64,000 nt of DNA from Candidatus Palauibacter sp. (GTDB taxonomy: Bacteria > Gemmatimonadota > Gemmatimonadetes > Palauibacterales > Palauibacteraceae). The notes below the pieces were generated by a model that was not told the DNA's origin, made no database searches, and worked only from the letters and a program-made list of their open reading frames with translations. The stretch is taken from assembly GCF_965221685.1 (NCBI RefSeq), contig NZ_OZ244907.1; one strand, 5' to 3'. A program made the translations under genes and the position numbers. Shown piece after piece: positions 13,897 through 22,468 of the stretch; the stretch's first letter is position 1; each line of letters begins with the position of its first letter.

Positions 13897-13928
13897 CCGA
13901 TATATCGGGTACTATTTCGATATATCGA
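13897..13928. promoter_or_regulatory. Two perfect 12-bp palindromes (CCGATATATCGG and TCGATATATCGA), 20 bp centre-to-centre, in the PadR promoter region; putative autoregulatory operator pair
   Basis: Read directly at 13897-13908 and 13917-13928, 27-58 bp upstream of the PadR ATG (13955). They flank a TACTAT -10-like hexamer. This is an AT-rich island in a ~70% GC genome. Confidence 0.55.
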
Positions 13929-13954
13929 GACCGGTCGGAAGCGGGGGAGGTTGG

Positions 13955-14533
13955 ATGTTCACGAGCAAGGATGGATTCGGCGCCTGGGCAAACTGTAGCG
14001 GCCCGGGCGTTTTTCGTTTCGGCGGGGGACTCGCGGGCACTCGGCGCGTGGTTCGGAAGGGGGAGTTGAAGTTCGTCCTCCTCCGCCTCCTCTCCGACGA
14101 ACCCATGCATGGCTACGAACTGATGCGGCGGCTGGAAGAGGAGTCCGGCGGCCTCTACACGCCGAGTCCGGGCTCCGTCTACCCTACCCTGCAGCTGCTC
14201 GAGGATCAGGGGTACGTGTCCTCGACACAGGAAGACGGGAAGCGCGTCTACCGGCTGACGGCCGCGGGCCGCGACTTCCTCCAGGAGCACCGCTCCCGCA
14301 CCCGCGACATCTTCGGCCGCTTCGTCAACATGGGAGAGCGCTTTACCGGGTCCGCGATGCGCGACGTGACGCGCTCGTTCATTCACCTCGCCCAGGTGAG
14401 CTTCGAGCGCGCGACGGGCGGACAGGGTGATCCCGAGACGCTTGCAAGAGTGAAGTCGATCCTGGACCGCGCGGCGCGCGAGATCGAGAGCGCGTGGCCG
14501 GAGCCCGGGACCGCAGCCTCGCGGGAGGGTTGA
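13955..14533 (+). CDS. PadR-family transcriptional regulator
   Basis: Winged-HTH PadR signature (KFVLLRLLSDEPMHGYELMRRLEEESGGLYTPSPGSVYPTLQLLEDQGYV). GGGGGAGG SD before ATG 13955. Confidence 0.85.
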   Translation: MFTSKDGFGAWANCSGPGVFRFGGGLAGTRRVVRKGELKFVLLRLLSDEPMHGYELMRRLEEESGGLYTPSPGSVYPTLQLLEDQGYVSSTQEDGKRVYRLTAAGRDFLQEHRSRTRDIFGRFVNMGERFTGSAMRDVTRSFIHLAQVSFERATGGQGDPETLARVKSILDRAAREIESAWPEPGTAASREG

Positions 14534-14536
14534 GCG

Positions 14537-15034
14537 ATGTTCGAGATCGTCTTCCTGGGAGGCATCGCCGCCGTGATCTACCGGAAACGCGTGCGCGCGG
14601 GCGACTGGAGTCGGGGCGACTTCCACCGCGTCCTCGTCGCCGTGGGTCGCGCGGTGAGCCGTGCGGTGGCGACCGTGTCGAAGTCCTGGCCCGGCCTCCT
14701 GCGACAGTGCGCGGCCGATGTGAAGAGCCTTGCGGGCGACGTGACGGGCGTCGTCCGGGTCGGGACCCGGAAACCCCGCGCCCGCCGGATCCGGCACTCT
14801 CGCGTCAAGGTGCCCGCGGCGGACGTCGCCGCGACGAGCGAAGCCTTGACGAGAGCGGAGAGCCGGATCTTCTCCCGACTCCAGCGCCGCTACGTCGCCG
14901 GCAGGATCAGCTTCTCCGAGTACGTGGAGGGCGTACGGCGTCTTCGAAGAGAAGGCGCCGCGCTTCAGGGCCTGGGCGGCACGGCCCCGCCGCGCGCGGA
15001 CGGCGAGGCCGGGAGGCTGGCGGCGGAGCGCTGA
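14537..15034 (+). CDS. Hypothetical membrane-anchored protein with SHOCT-like C-terminal motif, co-operonic with PadR
   Basis: Begins 3 nt after the PadR stop. N-terminal TM helix (MFEIVFLGGIAAVIY). C-terminal RLQRRYVAGRISFSEYVEGVRRLRREG resembles the SHOCT short C-terminal domain. Confidence 0.4.
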   Translation: MFEIVFLGGIAAVIYRKRVRAGDWSRGDFHRVLVAVGRAVSRAVATVSKSWPGLLRQCAADVKSLAGDVTGVVRVGTRKPRARRIRHSRVKVPAADVAATSEALTRAESRIFSRLQRRYVAGRISFSEYVEGVRRLRREGAALQGLGGTAPPRADGEAGRLAAER

Positions 15035-15048
15035 CCGCCCCCAGCAGC

Positions 15049-16740
15049 CTAGCGGTGCCGCTCCCAGGGGCTGCGGGTGAAGTAGGACTCCGTCATCTCC
15101 TTGATCTGAGGCGCGAGGAAGATCAGCGCGATCAGGTTCGGGATGATGACGATGGCCAGGAAGATGTCCCCCAGCGACCACACCACGGCGAGCGGCAGCA
15201 CGGCCCCGACGAAGTGCATCGCGACGAACACGAGCTTGTACGGGATGATCGCACTCGGCCCGAAGAGGTAGTTCGCGCAGCGGTCCCCGTAGTAACTCCA
15301 TGAGATCGCGGTCGAGATCGCGAACAGGAAGACCGAGAAGATCACGATGTAGTGACCCCAGTCGCCGAGCGGCGACAGGCCGCGCTGGAAGCCCATCTGC
15401 GTGAGGGGCGCGCCGGTCTCGTAGGCCTGCCCGTAGAGGACGGCCAACTCCCGTCCGTCGTCGGCGATCGCGACGGACCGCGCCGGGTCGACGGCCCCGC
15501 TGAACGGCTGCGTCTGCGCCTCGTCCTCGAACAGCTGCGGCACGGAGACCTCGTGCCACGCGAGGTGGGGCTCGCTCGTCACGCCCGGCCGCCCGATCGT
15601 ATAGCGGATCGTTCCCGTGGGCTCCGTGGGCACGGAGCTTCCGCCCTCGTCGAGCACCACGTAGCTGATGTCCCCGCCTTCCAGTTGGATCGCGGTCGGG
15701 ATCTGCGAGTTCCACGCGCCCGTCATGATGATGACCAGCGCCGTCATCGTGACGATGACGATCGTATCGATGAACGGTTCGAGCAGCGCGACGACGCCCT
15801 CGGAGACCGGTTCGTCCGTCTTCGCCGCCGCGTGCGCGATCGGCGCGGACCCCTGCCCCGCCTCGTTCGAGAACAGTCCGCGCCGCACGCCCCACATGAG
15901 CGTGACGAGGAAGGCGCCAACCCCGGTGCCCGCCACGCCGGCGGTCGGGTTGAAGGCCTCGCGGAAGATGAGCGCGAAGGTCGCCGGCACCTCGCCGAGG
16001 TTCAGGATGATGATGATCATGGCGGCGGTCACGTAGACGATCGCCATGAACGGAGCGAGGATGCTCGTCACGCGGCCGATGCGCTTGATGCCGCCCAGGA
16101 TCACCAGGGCGACGATCGTCGAGGTCGTGAGACCGGTGATCCATGTGGCGATCCCGAACTCGGCGAGCATCGCGTCCGCGACCGTATTGGCCTGGTTCGC
16201 GTTCCCCGTCATGAACGCCGTCATCCCCAGCATGACGGCGAAGAACGCCGCCACGGGCTTCCAGCGCGGCCCGAGCCCCTTCTCGATGTAGTACATCGGT
16301 CCGCCCGACACCTTCCCGCTGTATTTCGCGGACGACTCGTCGACTTCGCGGTACTTCTGCGCCAGCGTGACTTCGCTGTACTTCGTCGCCATGCCGAGGA
16401 AGGCGGTCATCCACATCCAGAAGAGCGCCCCCGGACCCCCGAGGTGGATGGCGATCGCGGCGCCGGCGATGTTCCCGATGCCCACCGTGGCGCTGAGCGC
16501 GGTGGTCAGCGCCTGAAAATGCGACACGTCGCCCGGATCGTTCGGGTCGTCGTATCGACCCGTGGCCACGGCGACGCCGTGCGCGAACTTGCGGATCTGC
16601 GGCAGGCCGAGCCGGAGGGTGAGATAGGTCCCGATCCCGAGGAGGAGCAGGACCTGAAGCGTCAGGCGCTCTCCCCCGATCGTGATCCCGAACTGCGCGA
16701 CGTTCCGGTCGAGCCAGTCTACGATTGTGGCGAAGTCCAT
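15049..16740 (-). CDS. AGCS-family sodium:alanine (amino-acid) symporter
   Basis: Multi-TM protein with typical AGCS blocks (SATVGIGNIAGAA, GGPGALFWMW, SNEAGQGSAPIAHAAA). Confidence 0.85.
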   Translation of the reverse strand: MDFATIVDWLDRNVAQFGITIGGERLTLQVLLLLGIGTYLTLRLGLPQIRKFAHGVAVATGRYDDPNDPGDVSHFQALTTALSATVGIGNIAGAAIAIHLGGPGALFWMWMTAFLGMATKYSEVTLAQKYREVDESSAKYSGKVSGGPMYYIEKGLGPRWKPVAAFFAVMLGMTAFMTGNANQANTVADAMLAEFGIATWITGLTTSTIVALVILGGIKRIGRVTSILAPFMAIVYVTAAMIIIILNLGEVPATFALIFREAFNPTAGVAGTGVGAFLVTLMWGVRRGLFSNEAGQGSAPIAHAAAKTDEPVSEGVVALLEPFIDTIVIVTMTALVIIMTGAWNSQIPTAIQLEGGDISYVVLDEGGSSVPTEPTGTIRYTIGRPGVTSEPHLAWHEVSVPQLFEDEAQTQPFSGAVDPARSVAIADDGRELAVLYGQAYETGAPLTQMGFQRGLSPLGDWGHYIVIFSVFLFAISTAISWSYYGDRCANYLFGPSAIIPYKLVFVAMHFVGAVLPLAVVWSLGDIFLAIVIIPNLIALIFLAPQIKEMTESYFTRSPWERHR

Positions 16741-16880
16741 GCGTTGTCCCCGTTAGCGACGAGTGTGCGGGAGGAGCGCTGAGTTTGGCCCCGCGCCGCT
16801 GAGGCTGCAACGGTTGGGCGATGCGGCGTGGACCGGCGGGGTCGCGGAAGGAGACGACGGCGGGGTGTGTCGCGCACGTC

Positions 16881-16890
16881 ACGGTACCGT
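16881..16890. promoter_or_regulatory. 10-bp perfect palindrome ACGGTACCGT in the divergent AGCS / glgP-like intergenic region
   Basis: Read in sequence. Position confirmed by codon arithmetic against an overlapping ORF-track entry. Confidence 0.3.
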
Positions 16891-16985
16891 AACTTCGTTC
16901 GCGCTCCGGCTCCGCCGGCGCCCCGCCGCACCCCAACCCCGGCCGTGACGAGCACCCCCGCGGAAGCAAGGAGACAAAGAGGAAC

Positions 16986-19184
16986 GTGGGTCCAGACAAC
17001 CGAATCCCCCACCGCATCGGGCGGCTGTGGGAACTCGCGAACGACCTCTCGTGGACGTGGAACCCGGAGGCCCCGGCCCTCTTCCGGGCCATCGATCCGC
17101 CGCTGTGGCGCCGCACGCGGCACAACCCCGTGGCGCTGTTGCGGACCGTCGGAGGCGAGCGCCTGCGCAGCCTGGCCGAGGATCCCGTCTTCCTCCGGAG
17201 ATACGACGCGGCGCTGGACGTCCGGCGTGACGCCGTGGTCGTCGGTCACGCGCCTGAAGCGGGGACAGCCGGGCACGCCGACAACATCCGGGCGGACGCC
17301 ACCCCGACCTGGTTCGACGAGCGCTATCCCGCGCTCCGCGACCTCCCGGTGGCGTACTTCTGCGCGGAATTCGCGTTGCACGAGTCCATCCCCATCTACT
17401 CCGGGGGACTCGGCGTGCTCGCGGGCGACCATCTCAAGGCGGCGTCGGAACTGGGGGTCCCCCTTGTCGGCGTCGGGCTGATGTACGCGCACGGCTACTT
17501 CGACCAGACGCTGGGGTCGGACGGCTGGCAGGAGGATGCGGACGACCCGCTCGACCCCGACCTGACCCCGCTGGAGCGGTTGCGGGGCGTGGACGGCGTC
17601 CCCTGGCTCGCTTCGATCCGCGGCGGGGGACGCCGCATCCATATCGGGGCGTGGAGGCTGCGCGTCGGGCGCGTCTCGCTGTACCTCCTCGACACGGATC
17701 TCGAGGAGAACGATCCCGCCGACCGGGGCCTCTCCCACCAACTCTACGCGGGCGGCGCGGATCACCGGCTGCGGCAGGAAGCGATCCTCGGCGTCGGCGG
17801 CGTGCGCGTGCTCGCTGCGCTCGGGATCGAGCCCGGGGCGTGGCACGCGAACGAGGGACACGCGGCGTTCATGATGGTGGAGCGCGTGCGCTGGCTGATG
17901 CGGGACGGCCGGTCCTTCGAGGACGCGGTGTCCCGGGTCCGGGCTTCGACCGTTTTCACGACGCATACGCCCGTATCTGCGGGTCACGACGTGTTCTCTC
18001 ACGCGCAGATGCGCGATTGGATCGGCGAGACGTTCTGGGAAGAGATCCCTCACCGCGAGGAGTTGCTGGCACTCGGTCTCCATCCGGACGACGAGGCGCA
18101 GGACCGGTTCCACATGACGGCGGCGGCGATCCGGCTGTCGCGACGCGTCAACGGCGTCTCCGCCAGGCACGGGCGCGTGACCCGGGAAATCTGGCGCGGC
18201 CTCTGGGGGGACCGTGCGGCCGGAGAGGTACCGATCCGGCACGTGACGAACGGGGTCCACCTCGCCACGTGGATGAGCGATGACATCGCCGGGCTTCTGG
18301 ACGAGTGGCTGCCCGCCGGGTGGCGATGCACGGGCGACGAAGCGATGTGGCGCGCGGTGCGCGACGTGCCGGCGCAGGCGCTGTGGCGCGTGCGGCGCCG
18401 GCTGAAGCTCCGGCTCCTCGACCTGATGCGCGACGAGGCCAGGCGCCGGTGGCCCGGCCATTGGCCGGAGTCGGCCCACCTCGCCGGAGCCGGCACGCTG
18501 ATGAGCCCCGAGCCGCTCACGATCGGATTCGCGCGGCGCTTCGCGACCTACAAGCGCGCGGACCTCATCTTCCGCGACCGTGAACGCCTGCTGGCGCTGC
18601 TCTCGGACCCCGCCCGCCCCGTGCAGTTGATCTTCGCCGGCAAGGCGCACCCGCGGGACGACGACGGCAAGCGCGTCCTCCAGCGCGTGTACGAGCATAC
18701 GCGCGATCCGGAGTTCGAGGGGAGAATCGCCTTTCTCGAGAACTACGGACTCCATGCGGCGCACGGTCTCGTCGAGGGCGTGGACCTGTGGCTCAACCTC
18801 CCCCGGGTCCCGCTGGAGGCGAGCGGGACGAGCGGGATGAAGGCCGCCCTCAACGGCGTCCCCCAGCTCGCGACCGCAGACGGCTGGTGGGAGGAGGGTT
18901 TCGAGGGCGACAACGGGTGGATCATCCCGCTCGCCCCCGCGACGGCGAGCGAGAAGGAGGTGGACGAGCACGACGCCGGACAGCTCTTCCGGCTCCTGGA
19001 GGAGGAGGTCATCCCCCTCTACTACGATCGGCCCGGCGCCGGGGCCGCGGACGACGCCCCGGCAAGCTGGCTCGCGCCCGCCCGGCGCGCGATCGAGGTG
19101 GCCGGCGCGCGATTCACGGCGGGCCGCATGGTGCGGGACTACGCGCGGGACTACTACGTCCCGTCGCTGCGCGGCGACGACTGA
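16986..19184 (+). CDS. glgP: Alpha-glucan phosphorylase (GT35, GlgP-like, DUF3417-type N-terminus)
   Basis: WTWNPEA ... YFCAEFALHESIPIYSGGLGVLAGDHLK ... pyridoxal-phosphate phosphorylase core. GTG start. Confidence 0.85.
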   Translation: MGPDNRIPHRIGRLWELANDLSWTWNPEAPALFRAIDPPLWRRTRHNPVALLRTVGGERLRSLAEDPVFLRRYDAALDVRRDAVVVGHAPEAGTAGHADNIRADATPTWFDERYPALRDLPVAYFCAEFALHESIPIYSGGLGVLAGDHLKAASELGVPLVGVGLMYAHGYFDQTLGSDGWQEDADDPLDPDLTPLERLRGVDGVPWLASIRGGGRRIHIGAWRLRVGRVSLYLLDTDLEENDPADRGLSHQLYAGGADHRLRQEAILGVGGVRVLAALGIEPGAWHANEGHAAFMMVERVRWLMRDGRSFEDAVSRVRASTVFTTHTPVSAGHDVFSHAQMRDWIGETFWEEIPHREELLALGLHPDDEAQDRFHMTAAAIRLSRRVNGVSARHGRVTREIWRGLWGDRAAGEVPIRHVTNGVHLATWMSDDIAGLLDEWLPAGWRCTGDEAMWRAVRDVPAQALWRVRRRLKLRLLDLMRDEARRRWPGHWPESAHLAGAGTLMSPEPLTIGFARRFATYKRADLIFRDRERLLALLSDPARPVQLIFAGKAHPRDDDGKRVLQRVYEHTRDPEFEGRIAFLENYGLHAAHGLVEGVDLWLNLPRVPLEASGTSGMKAALNGVPQLATADGWWEEGFEGDNGWIIPLAPATASEKEVDEHDAGQLFRLLEEEVIPLYYDRPGAGAADDAPASWLAPARRAIEVAGARFTAGRMVRDYARDYYVPSLRGDD

Positions 19185-19240
19185 TCGCGAAGCCCGGTGG
19201 CCGGCCCCCTCGATCCCAGCGGGGCTCTTGCCACGGGCCG

Positions 19241-19993
19241 CTAGGGGGGCGGAAGCAGCTCGTCGAGGTAGCGGAGGAGCATGTTGCGCCACGTGGGCCA
19301 GTCGTGGTGCCACTCCTCGCCCCAGTCGTCCATCCGGTTCGGCACGCCCTTTTGCCCCAGGAGCGAGGCCGCGCGCCAGGACTCGCCGATATCCTCCGCC
19401 CGCCCGCTCCCGGAGGCGAGGAGGACGAAACGCCGACGCAGCCGGTCGAGCGTCTCGCCCTCGAGTTGCGGCAGATGGTGCACGGGCGAGGCTCGGTAGA
19501 AGTCGCCCGTCGCTCTCGCCTCGACGCCGGCGTCGTCTTTCAAAAAGCGCTGGAGATCGTAGGTGCCGCTCATGCACACGGCATGCGAGAAGGCATCGGG
19601 GAACCGGCACAGCGCGGCGAGCGCGTTGAACGCTCCGATGGAGGAGCCTCCGACGATGACCTCGATCCCCGGATCGTTGCAGTCCTCCCGGATCATGGGG
19701 ACGAACTCGCGGTAGACGAACTCCTGAAACCGGTTCAGGACGGCCATGCGGTGTTCGGGGGTCCCCTCGCGTCCGAGCATGACGCGGCCCGCCACGCTGT
19801 CGCACGAATAGACCTTGATCCGGCCGGCCGTCAGGTAGTCCGCCACCGTGTCGATGACGAGAAAGCGCTCGATCTCCTCCGCATCTCCTCCGGCGGTGGG
19901 AAACATGAGGAAGGGCACGCCGACCTCGCCCCACCGCGCGACGTTGACCTCCTGTCCGAGACGATGCGACCACCAGCTGGCATTGAGTTTCAT
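19241..19993 (-). CDS. Esterase-family alpha/beta hydrolase (PF00756-like)
   Basis: GGSSIGAF nucleophile elbow and overall esterase-D/FrmB-like layout. ATG 19993 overlaps the stop of the upstream ATP-grasp gene (ATGA). The ORF-track N-terminal extension to 20488 is spurious. Confidence 0.6.
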   Translation of the reverse strand: MKLNASWWSHRLGQEVNVARWGEVGVPFLMFPTAGGDAEEIERFLVIDTVADYLTAGRIKVYSCDSVAGRVMLGREGTPEHRMAVLNRFQEFVYREFVPMIREDCNDPGIEVIVGGSSIGAFNALAALCRFPDAFSHAVCMSGTYDLQRFLKDDAGVEARATGDFYRASPVHHLPQLEGETLDRLRRRFVLLASGSGRAEDIGESWRAASLLGQKGVPNRMDDWGEEWHHDWPTWRNMLLRYLDELLPPP

Positions 19994-21267
19994 GAGGCGA
20001 GAATCGGCACGGCGCCGGGGGGTTCCTCCCGGCGGGCCGCCTGTATGCGGTCGAAGAAGAGGGCGGTGAACTCCTCGATCTCGTGATCGGGGTAGAGCGA
20101 GGCCACCTTCTTGCGCACCGCCTCGTGAGCCGCCTCGCTGCCGAAGAACTCGTCGGCCACCTCGTCCAGCTCCGGGAGGTGCGTCTCGCAGAACTCCACG
20201 AAGCGGTCGGTCTCGAACCTGGCCTCCGCGATCCCGGCGCAGGCTCGAACCCTCTCGCCGACCGACATCCCCGGACGGCAGGCATCGAGGAACGGCTGCC
20301 AATCGAGGTTGATGCGCATCCTGCGCCGGGTCGCCGCGCAGAAGAGGGACCAGCGGAGATTCGCCTTGATGAGCCACGGGAAGTGGTAGTGGAGCGAGGT
20401 GACCTGCGAATCCGGACAGGGGTTCGCGAAGTCGATCGGCATCCACCGTCCACCGCTGCGAAGCACCTCGCACGAGTTGAAGTCCCACCCGAAGAAGGCG
20501 TTGATCGTGAGCGTCGTGTCGCGGATCGCGCCGGCGTCCGTGGGCTCGAGGTGATCGCGCGCGACGGTGTAGCGGTCGTGCGCCGGGGCGCCGGGGTCGT
20601 AGAGCACGGCCCGCGTCTGGGGTCCCAGCCCGATGCAGCGGACGAAACGGTCGTGCTCCACCCCCTGCTGGAGGTGCATGACGAACTTGCCGCTCTCGTC
20701 GTAGGCGGCGCCGAGCGCCTCGTCGTCACCGATCCGCGACACGCCGCGCCAGCCACCGCCGTCGTAGGGCTTCATGAACACGGGATAGCCCAGGTTTCGC
20801 GCCACGGCGGGCAGGTCGAAGAGCCGCGCGTAGCGTTTCAGGGTGACCGCCAGATCGTCCTGCGGATCGTAGGACTTGGGCGGGATGAGCCACGTCCGCG
20901 GAACGGGGAGGCCCAGCCTCATCATCGCGCAGTAGGTGGAGTGCTTCTCCATCGACTGGACGCTCCACGGACTGTTGAACACGTAGAGCCCGTCCATGAT
21001 CACCGACTTCTTGATCCACTCCCGCGTCGGGAAAAACCAGTGCGTGAGGCGGTCGATGACGACGTCGTACTTCCCCTTCTGCTGCAGGTCGAAGGGCTCG
21101 ATCGTGACGTCCTCGATATGGAACCGGATCGTACCGTCGGACGAGGGGATCCGGGGGTTCATCCGTTCGAGGATCTCGCGGTAGGCGATGGGCCAGCAGA
21201 GGTCCGCCCCGAGCGAGAGGCCGATGCGGCGCGTGACCCCGCCCGCGGACGTCGACGGAGCCGTCAC
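19990..21267 (-). CDS. Divergent ATP-grasp-fold protein (ATP-grasp B)
   Basis: NSPW...KHSTYCAMMRLGLPVPRTWLIP ... YPVFMKPYDGGGWRGV ... resembles ATP-grasp B-loop and P-loop-like elements, but is unrelated in order to the three paralogs A/C/D. The family is not pinned down. GTG 21267 forms a GTGA overlap with the upstream esterase stop. Confidence 0.5.
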   Translation of the reverse strand: MTAPSTSAGGVTRRIGLSLGADLCWPIAYREILERMNPRIPSSDGTIRFHIEDVTIEPFDLQQKGKYDVVIDRLTHWFFPTREWIKKSVIMDGLYVFNSPWSVQSMEKHSTYCAMMRLGLPVPRTWLIPPKSYDPQDDLAVTLKRYARLFDLPAVARNLGYPVFMKPYDGGGWRGVSRIGDDEALGAAYDESGKFVMHLQQGVEHDRFVRCIGLGPQTRAVLYDPGAPAHDRYTVARDHLEPTDAGAIRDTTLTINAFFGWDFNSCEVLRSGGRWMPIDFANPCPDSQVTSLHYHFPWLIKANLRWSLFCAATRRRMRINLDWQPFLDACRPGMSVGERVRACAGIAEARFETDRFVEFCETHLPELDEVADEFFGSEAAHEAVRKKVASLYPDHEIEEFTALFFDRIQAARREEPPGAVPILAS

Positions 21268-22460
21268 TCGTAGACCATCCAGAGCGGGCCCGGGAAGAGC
21301 CACGACAGGCCCTCGCGCAGGCGGTCGCGCCAGTTCTCCCAGTTGTGGCCGTCGCGCGACTCGACGAAGCGCACGTCCGCGCCGCCGCGACGGAGAGCGT
21401 GTATCAGGGCTCGGTTCTCCGAGACCAGCGGTTCGTAGACGCCCACGGAGACGAACGCCTTCTCCGCGATGGCGGTCGGCTCGGCCCGGTACGCGTTCAT
21501 CATGTCGACGATGCGGTCGAAGACGGGGCCGCTCTCGTTGTCGCCGATATCCGTGAAGAGGAACGAGCCCGACTGGAGCAGGATACGGCCGAAGCGGCCG
21601 GGGTATTCGAGCGCGGCGTGGAAGGATGCGACGGCGCCCAGACTCGCGCCCATGAGGCCGCGCGACTCCGGATCCGGGAGCAGCGGATAGTCGCGTTCGA
21701 GACGCGGGAGCAACTCTTCGGCGACGAACCGGGCGTGCGCCGGATCGGCCGAGTATTCCGACATCCGATCGCCCGGGTGCAGAAGGGCGACGATCATCCG
21801 GGGGACCTCGAAGCGGTCGATCAGTCGGTCGAGCACGTGCTTCAGGCCGGCGTACTCGACGTAGTCCCCGCCGTCGTGCACGATCAGCAGCGGGTAGCGC
21901 CGGTTGGCGCGGAACTCCGCCGGACGGTACACCGTCACGTGACGGGCGGATTCGAGCGCCCTGCTCTCGACCGCGAGTTCGTCCATTTCGCCGGGCCGGA
22001 CCTCCTCGCTCTCACGGGCCCAGTCGGGGATCTCGTAGCCCCGTGCCTGCACGACCGAGTTCGCGCCGAACGGGTCGCGGGCGCGTTGGGGGTTCAGCGG
22101 ATCCTCGATCCATTCGGCGCGGCCGCGGGAGAGCACCTCGATCTTGTACTCCACCCGGGACTCGTCGGGGAGTTCGAGGGTGTAGCACCAGAGATCGGTT
22201 CCGTCCAGGCGGCGGAAGGGTGCCGAGGTCTGGAGTCCGTGCACCCAGTGTCGCAGGCGCACGGCGTCGGCGTGGCCCCGGTACACGAAGGTGTAGAGTG
22301 GCGGCTCGGCGAGGGGGAACTCGTTCGCATCGACGAACGCGTCGACCGCATCCGCCGCACCGAGACCCGAGACGAGCTGTTTCTCGAGCGCCGCGATCGC
22401 GGGCGAACGCGGCATCGACAGGTCGTACCCGTGTTCCCGGGCGCCGGCGTCGAATCGCAT
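21264..22460 (-). CDS. Esterase-family alpha/beta hydrolase with N-terminal E-set/CBM48-like beta-sandwich (enterochelin-esterase-like architecture)
   Basis: N-terminal domain: PLYTFVYRGHADAVRLRHWVHGLQTSAPFRRLDGTDLWCYTLELPDESRVEYKIEV, the pattern of CBM48/AMPK-beta-GBD and the Fes N-domain. C-terminal domain: LLIVHDGGDY ... GASLGAVASF nucleophile elbow ... DGHNWENW. Confidence 0.6.
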   Translation of the reverse strand: MRFDAGAREHGYDLSMPRSPAIAALEKQLVSGLGAADAVDAFVDANEFPLAEPPLYTFVYRGHADAVRLRHWVHGLQTSAPFRRLDGTDLWCYTLELPDESRVEYKIEVLSRGRAEWIEDPLNPQRARDPFGANSVVQARGYEIPDWARESEEVRPGEMDELAVESRALESARHVTVYRPAEFRANRRYPLLIVHDGGDYVEYAGLKHVLDRLIDRFEVPRMIVALLHPGDRMSEYSADPAHARFVAEELLPRLERDYPLLPDPESRGLMGASLGAVASFHAALEYPGRFGRILLQSGSFLFTDIGDNESGPVFDRIVDMMNAYRAEPTAIAEKAFVSVGVYEPLVSENRALIHALRRGGADVRFVESRDGHNWENWRDRLREGLSWLFPGPLWMVYE

Positions 22461-22468
22461 GGGCCGGA

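Noticed and set aside
16741-16920. Glycine riboswitch upstream of the AGCS symporter
   Set aside because: The conserved GGAGAG and CACCGAAGGGGCAA-like cores are not visible on the leader strand.
12785-17125. 1446-aa minus-strand ORF and other long antisense ORFs (6125..8809, 9441..10517, 25942..27588, 10917..13058)
   Set aside because: They overlap well-supported genes on the opposite strand, lack motifs, and show the Arg/Gly/Pro/Ala bias expected of non-coding frames in GC-rich DNA.
19185-19240. Bidirectional terminator between convergent glgP-like and esterase genes
   Set aside because: GC-rich partial palindromes are present (GCCCGGTGGCCGGCC) but there is no U-tract on either strand. Not distinguishable from background GC-rich sequence.
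16719-20756. 1345-aa minus-strand ORF
   Set aside because: Antisense to glgP-like and low-complexity. The real genes here are on the plus strand (glgP) and from 19241 on the minus strand in other frames.
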